NCBI GenBank assembly: GCA_050575255.1
Contig: JBNZDD010013652.1
Span: 2,389,080 to 2,453,079 of the forward strand
Direction of reading: 5' to 3'
Source of the DNA: Harriotta raleighana
Taxonomy: Eukaryota
Length of the DNA: 64,000 nucleotides
In this document: positions 39,765 through 53,962 of the stretch, piece by piece
Numbering within the stretch: position 1 is the stretch's first letter
Layout: every line of letters starts with the position of its first letter
Translations under genes and position numbers: made by a program
Notes under the pieces: model-generated
Database searches by the model: none
What the model saw: the letters and a program-made list of their open reading frames with translations, nothing else
Told to the model about the DNA's origin: nothing

Positions 39765-40105
39765 TAGCTTATTGGTTAGAGCTTTAGACTCACAAGTGAG
39801 ATGCCCGAGTTCAATTCCCTGGCAAAACTTTAGAAACATTTCCTTATTCCACATGTCTCTGTTTGCCTTGTAGTGAGTAGGAACCCAGTTGATAATCGAT
39901 TTGTCGGGAATAATACTTCTGTCCCTTACCTCAAAAGTAGTTGTCACTCAATCCACCACTGTTGATGGGGCACTGCTTTGTGCAATTGACTGCTGCATTA
40001 CAAAATATGCAGTCAAATCACTTTACAGTATATTCTGTGAAGCGCTTTGGATCATTTATTTCTCAATTACTTGAATATATCAAACGCAAGGATTTATTAT
40101 ATTCA
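39765..40105 (+). mobile_element. tRNA-derived SINE, diverged
   Basis: ttggttagagc...gagttcaattcc head and tattctgtgaagcgctttg...atcaaacgcaagg tail. Confidence 0.75.
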
Positions 40106-40659
40106 TTAAAATATTTTTGATATAATCATTGCATTAAGGATTACTAAAGCAACCTCTATTTGATGTAAAGTGTGTGGGTTTAGATTGTGCTTCACTGCTA
40201 ATCAACTCGTACTTGAAGATTCACTATTCGAGATTGACTTGGTTGCTTTGGATGTTGATATTTTGCAGTTTGATGACATCTCAGAATATTAACATTGTAA
40301 AGCATTTATTGTAATCACACATCAGAATAAAACTCCCACATTTTTTCCACAAGGCAGATCTCAGCTTTGAACTAAAACTTAATTGCAGCAAATTGGCAAG
40401 TGAATGGCACTTAAGAAAACATTGCCTGAAGGGGACAGGAAATCCACCTTTCACCACATGAATTGACTCTGCATTCACTCTGATGGATTGCATTTCATTG
40501 GGTCAGTTTCACCCAAACTGAATACACTTAGTTTGATGAGGAAATGGCTTTGGGTGACTATAAAGTGTGTATTGGTTATACTGCTTTTAAATTGTGCATC
40601 CAGAATCCCATAGTGCATCTTAAAAGTGACACTTGTTCTTTGACAAGACCTCCTGAGAT

Positions 40660-41102
40660 GAACTGCGCCAACTGACACATTCCAACATTTGAATAACTTC
40701 CACATTGATTTATAAACAGCCATTAAATGAATGATCAATTTTATTTGGAAAATTGTTAGCGTGCACACCAGGACAAATAATAGAGCTATCAGATCTTTTA
40801 ACGCCCATCTGAACAGGCAAATGGAGACTTGGTTTAATGTCTGNTTATTTGGAAAATTGTTAGCGTGCACACCAGGACAAATAATAGAGCTATCGGATCT
40901 TTTAACGCCCATCTGAACAACGCCCAACAGGCAAATGGAGACTTGGTCTAATGTCTCATCTAAAGGACAACACCTCCAACAATGCTACAGTCCCCAGCAC
41001 CGCATTGCACTGTCGGTTTAGTCTATGAGCTCAAAGGCCTGACACTGCACTTCAACCCGAGTCAAACTCGAATTGAGAATCGTGAGTGCTACCAACTGAG
41101 CC
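40660..41102 (-). mobile_element. Deu-domain SINE with an N-linked internal duplication
   Basis: gatctttaacgcccatctgaacag...aatgtctcatctaaaggacaacacctcc...gagtgctaccaactgagcc. Confidence 0.75.
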
Positions 41103-42087
41103 TTCCTGCACTGTTTGCTTAACCACAATGGGAGTCGGAAACACAATTTATATGGATAATCGTAAATTTGTAAATTTCTCATTAAAATATAACGTGTATC
41201 AAACTGACACTGAAGCATCAATTTTCTTAAAATGGTGGGAGTAAAAGCTGCACAAGAAGACCATTGATTTGCACTGAATACAGTAGGTAGCAAAATCAAT
41301 CCTTTATCTCTGTCGTAGCAGCTTTCATTGAACTACTGGTCAAAACAGACAGGATGTTTTCTCCTAGTTAATCATTCTTTCAGGCTCTATCAAACCCATT
41401 GATTTTATGCAAAAAGGTAATCAGCTTACCTTTTGTCAAGAATAGATTGTTTCTTAAATTACCCTCATAAAAATCTTTAGATTTTTCACTCCCATATGTT
41501 GATGTGTCTCAATTATGTGAAAGGCAAAGTTTGTCAAAAGGTCTGGGTCATAAGTTCCATCTTGTGCTGAACTTCAGACTATTTTCTCAACATTTCAAAA
41601 TGTGGCAACTAGAAACCTCAGTCCAGAGTTGGAAGCCAGTTTATCTGCAGGTTATTTCATGCGATTGAAGGGGAGTAAACTCAAAACAAATCTACGCAAA
41701 CACTATTTCGGGAAGTGAATAGTGAACCTGTGGAAGCTATAGTCAAAAAGAATTCTGACGAGAAAGGCGCTCTATAAATGTAATTGTGTTGTTGTTGTTG
41801 TTATGCTCACCTGTGTGGGGGTATTTGTGAGCATTCCTCTTTAACCAATGAATCTCGATAGTCAATTGAAGGATACTGTCTTAGAATATTTACTGTTTCT
41901 GACAGTGATCTGAATTATTATTTATGCCACAATTGACCCTGGCTGATACGGATTAGGTTCAGCTGTGAGTATGTTAATTCAGTTTCTTTACAACTTTGGG
42001 CTCATAACTCCTCCAAGCTGTTGCTCTGATACTATTATCAACACTTTACTCTTCAAGCAAAAGTTTGATGGTGGTTGCATATGTCAG

Positions 42088-42505
42088 CTTCATTCAGTCG
42101 ATAGTCCACTAACCTCTGAGTTAGAAAATTGTGCGTTCAAGTCCCATGTTGGGGCATTGAGCTCACAGTCGAGGCTGACACTCCCAACAACTTGCTGAGA
42201 GAGCTGTATTGTCAGAGGTGCATCCTTTGGATGAGGCGTTAAACTAAGGTCTTGTCTGCCTTTTCAGGTGAATGCGAAAGTTCTCATGGCTCTTTTTGAA
42301 AAGAGAAAGGCATTTAACCGATGTGAATGCCAACTGTCCCCCAGATAAAATTGGTCATTCATTTCAGTGTTGTTTGTGCAGTGTCCACAGCGGTTGCCAC
42401 ATTTGTCTGAAAAATACAGTCAATCGATTTTAAGTAGCTATGAAACACTTGAGACAGTGTCCTGATGTGAAAGACACTATATCAAATGCAAGGATTATTA
42501 TTATT
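42088..42505 (+). mobile_element. Deu-domain SINE
   Basis: gttcaagtcc B box, gaggtgcatcctttggatgaggcgttaaactaagg core, and the shared tail. Confidence 0.8.
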
Positions 42506-43357
42506 TCATAATGATTCATAGATAACTGTCTTAGACTTACAAACCATGAGCAATGCTGAGTTGAACGTGAATCAACCAGGTTAGATCAGGTGGTGGAACT
42601 GGCTTCAAGGTGAATGTGATAGAAGAAAAGTAAGGTTTGTTTTCCATTGGTATTTGTAGTCTAGTGATTCTGACAACTATTTGCAGGGGTGTGAAAATTG
42701 GCTGTGGACAACACAGTGCTTGTTTCTGATGTTTCCATAGTTGAAAACCTGCTGGCACTAACTGCCAAAGTCTCAGACATGAGGAATGAGACAGACAGAT
42801 CACAGGAGAGTTTTGAGAAGAAGGCCCTTCAGCCCGTTTGATCTCATGCTTCCAAAATACCACTCTCCTGCCACAGCAATCAGGCTGTTTCTTGAAAGAA
42901 TCCATCATTCTGGCCAACAGTCTGCTGTCTTGGCATATCTGAAAGTAATTATTATGAGATTACTTTCTCAATCCCATTTAGAATGTATTTCAATAATGTC
43001 CCCCCATAAGATATGTATGGAAACAGTATATAATATATGCAGTTTACTCATGGAATTAATGTAAAATAGCTAGTCAAATTGAAATCTGGCTTAGCAAACC
43101 AAAGCAGAAGGGGATAATGGAAAAAATCTCTGTCTAGGGAATTGGTGTTTTGTAAAGGTCAGTACTAAACCAGATTTTGTGTACAGTTTTCATAAATACC
43201 TTGGGAGGAGAATATTTCTTGCAATATGTTAAATATGTGTCATTTATCATATATTATAGGGGCCAAGCAGGTGAAAAATATAAGAATAAATAACAATCAG
43301 GAATATCCAGGTCAATGAAGCAGATGGGCACCAAATTTGAATAAAAATAAGCATAAG

Positions 43358-43441
43358 ATAATGCACATTACAACAACAAACACTAAATAAAAATAAAAAT
43401 AATGCACATTACAACAACAAACACTAAATAAAAATAAAAAT
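43358..43441. repeat. Perfect 41 bp tandem duplication (2 copies)
   Basis: ataatgcacattacaacaacaaacactaaataaaaataaaa x2, with no N at the junction. Confidence 0.9.
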
Positions 43442-43459
43442 ATCCCTTGATTTGATATA

Positions 43460-43883
43460 TAGTAAAACCTCGTTTATCTGTGACTCGATGAACCGGAAAA
43501 CCCGTTCAACCGCCAACTCAAAAAAAGTCCCGATTCAATGAATCGGTAGTTATCCGGCAAATAGTGATGACGCATTTAATGAATTGACTGTACTCGCGGG
43601 CTGGCCGCTAGTCAGATATAAACTCGCTCCTGCTCCTTTTAAAAGTTGCATTTTTTTACCTCCGTCGGGTGACGGCTGCCATTGCGAAGTTAAGTATAAA
43701 TAATAAAGTACTAATACAATATTCTGTTATTATTTAGTTTATCAATATTATTAATATGGTATGTGTTAAAAGAATTATTAAATTAAAAATATATATTTTT
43801 TATTTTTTTATTTAAAAAAACGTTCAACCGGAAACCGTTTAAACACCACTGGCCAGGTCCCGTGGTTAAACAGAGTTTTACTG
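43460..43883 (+). mobile_element. Tc1/mariner (Tigger/pogo-type) MITE, copy 1
   Basis: Termini tagtaaaacctcgtttatc ... taaacagagttttactg, preceded by TA; AT-rich core; no transposase. Confidence 0.85.
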
Positions 43884-46557
43884 TGCATCTTTTCATGTTG
43901 AGAAGAAGTCTCAACACACTTCACTGGATTTTCTGTAATGTGCATTGACTGTATTTTGTGGCTGATTTGCATACAACAAGGCCTCACAAACAGCCGCGAA
44001 GAAAATGGCCAATTCTGGGGGCATTATTGGCCTGTGCTATGGTGGAAACAAAGGTAACATACAGTTACTTTACTTGTTATATTAATGTTTATAGGTGTGC
44101 CTCGCACCTATTTTTGTTTAGATTTATTTTGTTATCTCGTTTTTTCAAACGTGTTAAATGCACACATTGCAGAAGGAAAATTGTGTAAACCTACCAATTG
44201 CTTGTTGACCAGGCAACCGGGACAAGGATTAGGAATGTTTGCTTACCTTTGTAGAGCTGTGGAAGTATCTATGTTGAGATTGGAGAATGAGACTGGATAG
44301 ATTTTTGTTCAGGAGAGTTTAGATGGTCTTGATTTGGATTTGATGTGTTGAATGACCCATTTTTTCATTCCATCTTCAATAATGTTTGATTCATGATAAA
44401 ACCAATAGGTCAAAAATAAAATTTTGCTGACTGCGCTGGGGTGAATGAATGTAAGTGTCATTAGAGGTCAGACCATGCTAACAACAACCTCTGGCTCTGC
44501 AGAGACAAGATGGTGCACAGATCAATAAAGGAATGGAAATTATGGCGATTTAGCAGGAATCACTGAACTGTTTTACTTTTGAGAACAGGGTTGACATTTT
44601 CCCGGTTCGCTGGAAGCAACTTCACGTGCAACCTAACAAATTAGGCTGTTTGCATTACTTTCCTCTTGTTCACTGACAAATAAACTTCCAGCAATATTTA
44701 CCATATGTCTGCAGTTGTGTCTCACAGCAGCAAAGAAAAACGTTAGCATTTCCCTGGAAGGCTAAAATATGTCTGTTTTCCTCTCTGCTAAAAAAAAATT
44801 CCTAGCTTAAAAATCTGTTTCCCTCTGTGGAGTATAATAAGTTGAAACAATTCTAATACATTCATTATTTAAGTGAAACATTACTAACCTTTTCTATTGT
44901 TTTCTCACCATTGCTTCTCCCCTCAAACATCTATCATCTCCTGTGGCTGTAATACTGCAAAGGGCAGTTTTGCACTCTGCTTTCTCTTTGCACATTTGGA
45001 CTGTCTGAATTTTAATTAGATCACTTATAGCTTCCGGTCATGAAGCTGTGGATGCCAACAGAATGAGCAGTCAAAGGGATCACGTGTGGTAAGTGTGCTT
45101 TACTGGGAAATGGCTGGATTTGTCTTTTGCAACTGCAGGTAACCTTGGCAATAAATTAAAAATAATAATAATTCTTGCATTTGGAAATGCATTTTCCATC
45201 AGGAGAACATCCTGATGCGATTTATTTTAAAGTGCAGTGACTGTATTTTCTGGATGAACATGGCAGCCAATTTGCACTCAGCCATTAGCAATGAAGTGAA
45301 ATTCTTCCAGGATCAGTTTGAAGCCTCTTTGGCTTCTGAAATGTGGCAATTTTTTAGAGTTCCCACTTACCCATCCATGCATTTATTGTCAGTGCCATGC
45401 TTTACATATAAGACTAGAAATCAACCTGACATGCACAAATGAGAGTAAACATGTACTTCTGCTAAGTTAAGGCGTAGGAACAGAAGTATATCATTCGGCA
45501 CATTGAGCCCTCTCTGGCTTTTATTTAGATTGTGGCTAATTTGCATCCAATTCCATTTATCTGCCTTTGCTCCTTTCCTGCCGATACTCTAACCAGCCAG
45601 TCAGATGGTTACTCGGCCTCTGTCAGCTGCAGCTATTTTAAGTAATGTCCTCAGATCAGACTGTACCTAAAGTAGTGCGTATAGATTTCTATCAGGCCTG
45701 TGAGACAGAGTAGATGAAAATGACAGGGATGATTCCTAATGTTAATAGAATGAGTTTTGAGCAACAATCATACAAGCTGGTCTCTTCAATATGGATCCTA
45801 TGGCACGAATTGAAAAGAGTAGGGAATTATCCCTTATTTAAAAGCAGCGTGATGGGCGTGATTTGTGGGTCTTTTGTAAGGATGAGATCGGCTGGCTTCC
45901 AAGGCCTTCTTTATCCAAACCGATCTTGTGACCAGAAACAAATTTCCCATCTCGTGCATTTTAAGAAAGCAGGCAAGGCAGCATTGGAAACCCATGGCTG
46001 ATTAATTCTGATGTTGTTTCAGTCACATCTTGCCAACGGAAGAAAATAAAACTGGTTAGCATCACCAGTAAATTCTCAGACAATGGCAGCCCTGGTGAGG
46101 TAAAAGTGATTGAAATTAAAGCAGCCTTTTATGTATGAAGGTGCACCAGTTAGAAAACACTTCAAGGGAAAGAAAAAAGAGCGATTGATAAGATACAAAA
46201 ATAGTCTCCAGAACACTGTGTAGGTTGGCTCCATTGGAAAATAAGACTGTTGAAGATTGCATTGCTTTTCCATAACAGGTACAAATCTTAAACCTTTGAG
46301 GTAAAATACTAATTATATGACCTTCTAAAACTAGCAAAGACCAAAATGGACAGAAACTCTGCATCAATAAAGGAACCTTCAAAAACCTTTAGGCTGCTGC
46401 AGTTGACTATTTTATGACTGTTTTTCATGCTTTTCTCCCAGGAAATCTTTTTAGTTTCATCTGGCTCTAGAGGTCAGTCTTAGAGGCAGCTAAAAGATCT
46501 CAGAGGACAGCAGTAAAATGTGTCCCTCAATTCGGTTCTATGTTTTTATTATTAGAC

Positions 46558-47482
46558 AATAATAACAATCCTTGCATTTGATATAGTGCTTTTCACATCT
46601 TATCGATGTCCCAAAGTACTTCACAGAATATAGTAAAACCCTGTTTATCCGGCACCCACGGGACATGGCCAGTGGCGGTTAAACAGTTTTCTGGTTGAAC
46701 TGTTAAAACATTTTTAAAAATTAAAAGTTATTTTAACACTTACCATATTAATAATATACTAAATAATAATAATATTGTATGGGTATTATTTTAAATGTTG
46801 TATACTGTACCATATAAATAATAGAGTAAATACAGGAATAACAGATACTGTAATAACAGAATAATATTGGAATGTTGAAAAATACTACATAAATAATAGA
46901 TTAAATACATTAATATCCATTACTATAATAACAGAATATTGTATTAGTACTTTATTATTTACACTTAACTTCGCAATGGCAGACACTTGAGGAAATTAAA
47001 ATGGCAAAATGGCGACTTTAAACAAAAACAGCAGTATCGCGACATTTAAAAGGAGCAGTAGTATGACTTTAGGCTGACTAGCGGCCAGCCAAAATACCTG
47101 CACAGTACTCGCATGCAACAATCAATTCATTAAATGCATCATTATTCTGCCGGATAACGTCCGGTTTATCGAATCGGGACTTTTTTTTTGAGATTCCGGT
47201 TCAACGGGGTTCATCGAGTCAAGGATAAACAGGGTTTTACTGTATACTATCAAGTGAATTTGACTGTATATTTGTGGGCGGAACGCGGCAACCAATTGCG
47301 CACAGCAGTATCCCACAAAGCAGTCATGGATTGAAATGACCAATTTTATTATTGTGTTTGTTTTTTGGAGGGATTATTATTAGGCTTGTGGATTAAGGAA
47401 ACTTGCCCAAAGTTTTGCCCTGATCTGCCTGGATTCGAACACAGGTCTCACACTGGTAAGGCGAGTGCTCTAACCACTTAGC
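46558..47482 (-). mobile_element. tRNA-derived SINE split by MITE copy 2
   Basis: Tail at 46558-46630; body and head (ggattcgaac, ctctaaccact) at 47243-47482. Confidence 0.85.
46631..47242 (-). mobile_element. Tc1/mariner (Tigger/pogo-type) MITE, copy 2, opposite orientation
   Basis: TIRs tagtaaaaccctgtttatcc / ggataaacagggttttactg with TA on both sides (46629-46630 and 47243-47244). The interior is reverse-complement homologous to copy 1. Confidence 0.9.
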
Positions 47483-49464
47483 CAGAGGAGCTCCAATATG
47501 GGATTGTGTTTGGAGAAGACAGACAGTGGTGAGCATATCCCATGTGACATGGGAAACTGCACAGCCAGCTGTTCCACAGCTCTAGTAACTCTTCCAAAAT
47601 TCACAGATGCTTTTGTATTTGACAGGACATGCCAAGTCTGTGTACTGCCCAATGCTGATGTTCTCAAGAAGAGCTTTTTAATAATTTATTAACTGCTACA
47701 TTTCCTATGGGCATTATCTGCATTGTCATGATGAATCACTGAACACTAAAATGCTTGACGGTAACACAGACAGTCATCCACAGAAAGTTTACATTTCCCT
47801 TTGTTTTAAAGCTGCCCAATAGTTCTCCGAGACTCCCTGTTGGTTTACTTAATGGGAATTCAAGCATGCTGTTCCTGTTTTGAAGTATTACTATTATATC
47901 ACTTTAAGGTTTGCTAACATAGACTTTAGGTCCATGTGGTATTTTGCACTTTAATGAGAGCACATCTGATGAGGATGTAGAGCAGTATTACGGTTCAGGA
48001 GGTATATTGTTTGGGTGAAGCAACCTTGGTGATAACCTTTCTGATCTGCCTGTTTTCAGTGATTTATCAAAACTCAGGAAATAATGTTCTTTGATATTAA
48101 AAACAGATGGATTCTCTGTTTAATAGTAAGTGAGAGCAATTTTTCTCTCATTTTAGATTAAGCCAAATTATCTAAACGTGTTTCCTAAGTGTATGCAGCA
48201 GGTTGCATGAATACACCAGCCATGTCCTTGGCACTTTGCTAATGTGGCATTGATCAATCCGCAAATACAAACTTTCGCGAGAGAGTCATTTTAATATCTG
48301 ATGCAAGTCGCAATGTCGTTCAGGCAGTGAAAGCAAAGGTCAGGAAGATAAATTGTTCAGGTTGTCTTTTTGTGATTTTTGAGGTCAAAATTCATTCATC
48401 TTGATGCCTTCCCACATCCTTTTAGCAACATCAATTGCTGGATTAAATATCGAATGGTGACGGATCATTCAATATCTGGCCCCTGAAACTATAGCATTAG
48501 TAGGCTTTGCATGCAGAGAAATGAGATTTAGGCACAGGGGATGCCAAAGGTAATTGTGTTGATGATATATCCTACAGAATTAATCCCACAACAAAGTTAT
48601 CAGGCAATTTTTTTTTACAGCCTAATTTATCTAAACTGCCATATTAGAGTTTTTTCCATCAGGAGGAGTCAGCAAAATATGTGCAAGTCATTTCAATAAT
48701 GACATCAAAAGCTATCCAACTCTAGTGTTTAGAAATATTCTGTAATAATTTAAGAACGTTTAGGGACTAATTTAGACTGCTCAGCAAAGCCAGCATGTCG
48801 ATTTGTGCTAAGTGTTTCATTCAGTAATGCTATGCCTATTGATGTGGATTATAACACAAAAAAAACAGTAAATACAGAAGCCAGAAAGATCACTACATCT
48901 CATAACTTGTACCTTTATTTAGGTTTGGCATTTAATTGTATTCCGAATCTTAAGACATCTATAATAAATAATGATAATAATTCTTACGTTTGATGTAGCA
49001 CCTTTCATGTCTAAGACAGATATATACCATGAAGTGCGGTGATTATATTTTATAATAGATATAACATAATGATAATTCTTGTATTTGATATGGCGCCTTA
49101 CCACACTGTTGAGACATCTCAAAGTGCTTCACAGGATATACTATAATGTGGATTTACTATCTGTTGTGTGGAAGAAACACAGCAGCCAATTGCACACAGC
49201 AATATTCCACAAACAGGCATGAAGTAAGTGACCAATTTTATATCAGAGGACACTGGGAGAAACAAGTAGTGCTATCGGATCTTTAATATCCACCTGAACA
49301 GGGAGATAGGACCACTGACAATACATCTCAAAGTGCTTCACAGAATTATACTGAATATTTTGACTGTGTAGTGTAGTAACAAATGTATTTTTTTGTACTT
49401 GTAACCAAGGAATAGGGCTTAGATGACTTGCGTATTTGTGTGATGGATTCATAAGATTTCAGTC

Positions 49465-49860
49465 AAAAACCGCAACTTCAAGATCCTCACAACCATGTTC
49501 AAATATCTTAGTTCTGTGGCATCTTCCTAACTCTCTGACCTCCTCAATTGCTAATCCACCACGCGGTGCCTCCGATTGACTGGCACTGGCCTCCTGCTTG
49601 TCCAATGCATCCTCTGCTCCACTATTGGAGGTCACACTTTCAGCCACTACGGCCTCAAATTCTGGAACACTCTTACTCAATCCCTTCACCTTTCCCTCTC
49701 CCTCCCCCTTTTCAAATCCCGCCTGACCAACCTTTTCTCTTCAACCCTGCTTACGGCCATCTCCCCCACTCCCATCCTGGCTCGGAGTCAGGCTATGCCA
49801 TTGCCAAGCACACTGAGATGCTACCTAGCAAGGAGGGTATAAGTGCAAGTTGTTGTTGTA
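49465..49860 (+). mobile_element. L2 3' fragment
   Basis: IGGHTFSHYGLKFWNTL...FKSRLTNLFS and a gttgttgtt tail. Confidence 0.8.
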
Positions 49861-51897
49861 TGGCTAATTTACAGAGCATAGAGTACAATGTGTAGTACTA
49901 TGGAAGCATTGCAATGTTAGAGGTACTATCCTTTGAATAATATGTTAAAGTGAGTTCTCATCTACATATCAAGTGGACACTGGACATTGAAAAAAATCAT
50001 AGTATTATTAGAAAGAAAGGAATTTCTCTTGGTATCCTGGCCATCAGATTAATTGGTCATTTACTTCATACCTGGACATCTGCACATATTGGATGCCACA
50101 TTTGCCTAGAAATGTACCGTTGCCTAGAAATGTACTTCGACACAGTTACCTGTGAATCATTCTGAGAGTTTTTGACGTAGTAGGACATTTTAAATCTTAA
50201 AATGTGGTCCCCGTACATAGAGTTCTCATCACACAATGAATGGTTGGACAGCAAAGGAGTCCAAATTGATGCAAACTGGGAAGTTTCCAAATGCCAATCA
50301 ATTTTGGATTCAGATAAAACATTGGCTCCTCCATTGAATTCTGTTTATCCCTCGCTGCTCGATTTAATTCCTTTGTTAAGCATATTCCAGTATTCAATGT
50401 CAAAGAAGGTGATGTTGCCATGGAATGTAATATTGAGGTTAGAGTAACTGCACAGTACAAAAACAATGCAGAGACAATGCCTTGTCCTACTCTGTGCACT
50501 TCAAATCTAAGGCCACAATTGTGAAAACTGAACATCCCATCACCTAGGAAACTCAGATAAATTGACCGTTAAGTCTTTTTTTCTTTCAGTAAGATTTGGC
50601 AACGTGATTTCAAGCCTATACTGCTGATCAATATCCATGAAAAGTTAAGAGACAAGGCTGGTGCTAAGTACTGTTCGTGTCTGGAGACAGGCAGCTGGCT
50701 AGTGTGATGGGGACAAATATTATACTTGGCACTTTCTGTCGCAGAAGACTTAAAAATAGATTACTGACTTGTATTGTCAGGTTAGTTTGCTTCTCATGAT
50801 AAATTAGAGGTATACTCAGATGTAACTTACGGGGGCAACTCTGCTGAGACTCAAGCTTTGCATGAATATAAAGGTCATTTGTGAATGCACAACTCCAATT
50901 CAGTTTTTTTTTTATTCGGTTCTATCTCTTTATTAGTGTCCAGCTGTCATTTTGCTCAGCTTGAATTTGAAATGTCAGCGTAACATTTTCCTATGATATA
51001 GGTTTGACAGCATGACACAGAGGATGTCAATCAGTACCTACTGAAGGCATCCGTGAACAAAAATTGCTTTTAAAGGACCTGTTCCCCAGCTAAACCTGCA
51101 GGCCAATTTTCTTATGAATTCTCCTTCATGGACAAATAATAACAAATAAAACTGCCATTGTGGACCATGACATCCCCATCTGAATGGCACGCAATACAGA
51201 AGCACAGTAGTTCCTTTCTATAACTCTCATCTTTGGGAGACCGACAAAAAAGATTCTCTACTGGAGATTACGTTGCAGAAAAAGAGTTTATGAGGACTCT
51301 ATGAGTGAAAGAGACAGAGGTAGCCCATAGTGTAATTGTGCTGATGTTGTTTAGCAAAGACTGGCTTATTTCAGCTTGTAACATTTTTAATAATTTACTT
51401 TCTCAGTTCTCTCCTGTATTCTCTCAAATGCAATGACTTCTGTTGTTGGTACATTATGTGTTTCTAGGACATTGTCAGCCCTTCTTACCTTAGTGACTAA
51501 TANGGTAGCCCATAGTGTAATTGTGCTGATGTTGTTTAGCAAAGACTGGCTTATTTCAGCTTGTAACATTTTTAATAATTTACTTTCTCAGTTCTCTCCT
51601 GTATTCTCCCAAATGCAATGACTTCTGTTGTTGGTACATTATGTGTTTCTAGGACATTGTCAGACCTTCTTACCTTAGTGACTAATATTGTTCAAAACCT
51701 ACAAAAATGGCTTAAATGTTAAGACTGAATTCAAGTTTTCCGAATTCTGGTTCATCTGAAACGCAACATAAATAGAATATATCCAGGCCCAGGTGAAATT
51801 TTTCCTACATGTGTGAGCCGAGACTGTCAGTGAGAGTGGACTGTGAGACCACAGTGAGCATCTCAGGGAAGCCCAATACAGCTTTCACCAGTGCTGG

Positions 51898-52101
51898 AAG
51901 TCTGAAACAGAAACAGAAATTGATGGGAACACTCAGCAGGTCAGGCAGCACCTATGAAGAAACGAATGTGAATCAATGTTTCAAGTCCACATTGTTCTAA
52001 TGAAAGGTCATGGACGCAAAATGTTGATTCACTTACTTTTCTCCGTAGATGTTGCCTGACCCACTGAGTGTTCAAAGTGATTTCTGTTTTTGTTTCGACT
52101 T
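51898..52101. mobile_element. Older palindromic copy of the same hairpin element
   Basis: gaaacagaaacagaaattgatgggaacactcagcaggtcaggcagc ... gttgcctgacccactgagtgttcaaagtgatttctgtttttgtttc forms an imperfect inverted repeat. Confidence 0.75.
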
Positions 52102-52879
52102 TCATTAGAATTCACATGAGCTCACATTCCAGCCATGTTACTGCTTGATGATGAAGAGCTAAACTGTTTTTACCTCCTCTGGAGTTAAGGAAATTTGAGA
52201 TTAATTACAGCACCCTCATTGGATGATATCAAACTCAGAGTATGTTATGGTGCAGATTCAAAGACCCTCTTGATATTTCTGGTTCAGCCCCGCACCTCAT
52301 CCCCTGAGTCTGGCTTCCAGCGTGATTTTTTTAATATATAAAACTTCCAAATTCGGGAAAGCCAAGCTGCAAATTTTGTTTCCCCAGCTTTATCCTCTTG
52401 TATTTTGTAGGTAAAAGCGACAGTCAATTTGTGCACAGCAATGCCCCCAAAACAGTTATGCATTGAATGACCAGTTTTATTTGGGAGATCGTTGGCCAGT
52501 CTACCAGGGGAAACATCCTTTTCCAATAGTGCCATAAGATCTTTAATGACCACCTGAACCAACGTACAGGTTTAATGTCTTGTTTCAAGGATGGTATGAC
52601 CAATACTGCAACACCCATCCCAACTTCAGCACTGTGTTTAGTGTAGTGCACTAAATATTTTCACAATGTTTTCACAATTTAATACGTATCCAATTCAATT
52701 TATTTTAAATCCACTGTGCCAAATGCAGCTGAAATTATATTTTTCTGTTTAGGATGCTAATTTTACCATCCAGATCCAACAAACATAGCTCTTGTCTGAC
52801 ACATGAGGAAGCCTAATTACCATGCTGAAAATCTGAAAAATTTCTTTGAAGTAACCCATTAGCATTGGGAAAAAAATGA

Positions 52880-53020
52880 TGGAATCATAGAATCTTATGG
52901 CACAAAAGGAGGCATTTGGCCCATCGAGTCTGTGCCGGCTTTTTAATAAAAGCAATTTAATCCCACTCCCCAGCTATCTCCCTATAACTTCGCAAACCTG
53001 TCCTCCCCAAATAAATGTCT
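52880..53020 (-). mobile_element. CR1 3' end
   Basis: gaatcatagaatcttatggcacaaaaggaggcatttggcccatcgagtctgtgccggct is the reverse complement of the CR1 end at 20930-21000. Confidence 0.8.
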
Positions 53021-53194
53021 GCCTCTCTGGTATGCAGATGTTTTAAATTTATTAATGAAATAAAATGGGAGAAAGGTACACTGGTGGAGAGGTATGTGAA
53101 CAAAGTCTTTTTTATAATATGCATGTTTCCTCCCGACGTGAAAGGTGCTACACAAGTGTAATTTTGTTGTTGTTGTTGTTGTTCCTAAGCAAAA

Positions 53195-53465
53195 TGTATA
53201 TTGTATATATCATATCAGGAGGATACCCCAAAGTGCATCACAGGATATACTGTAAAGTGGAGTTTCTATGTATTTGGTAGGCAAGTGTGGCAGCCAGTCT
53301 TGTGTGCAGCAATACCCCACAAACAACCATGAAGTGAATGACCAAATTTATCTGGGGGATCATTGGTCAAACTTCCTTATCTTTGTGCATAGTGCCATAG
53401 GATCCTTAACATCCAACTGAACTGGCAGACGGGATCTCAGTTTAACATCTCATTCAAAGAATGAG
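53195..53465 (-). mobile_element. Deu-domain SINE fragment
   Basis: atagtgccataggatccttaacatccaactgaac...gtttaacatctcattcaaaga. Confidence 0.7.
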
Positions 53466-53644
53466 ATGAACCATTTTGCAGGCTGCTAACCTAGTCCTGA
53501 GCATTCTGTGCACTCTACCAGATAGTGTCAGTATCTTGTAAATTGAAGTGCACAGTTAATGATCACTTGCACATCAAGCTATAGAATCTAGGCCAATTTC
53601 TCCACTTCCTTCTGTGCTCGCAGAAACTGGTGAGCTCAAGACAT

Positions 53645-53962
53645 CAACAACAACAATATTACATTTGTAGAGCGCCTTTCACATCGAGAGGACGTCTTAA
53701 GGCACTGAACAGTCAGGGGTCGGGAGCCGAACATGGGAGAGAGGCAGGGTAGGGGGGAGGGGAGGGAGAGAGGTGAGAAGACAGCTGAAGGCACAATTGT
53801 AAAGGAGGGTCGTGAAACCGGCCTTGAAAGAAGCAAGGGAGGAAGCGAGGTGAAGGGACTGTGGGATGGAGTTCCAGAGTCTGAGGGTAAAAAGACTGCA
53901 AGCTCGGCCACTGATGCTAGGGCCCGAGCTCACTGAATGGAGGGTGCGGGCAAGTTGGTACA
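53645..53962 (-). mobile_element. L2 3' fragment
   Basis: SGRACSLFTLRLWNSIPQSLHLASSLASFKAGF and a (CAA)n tail. Confidence 0.85.
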
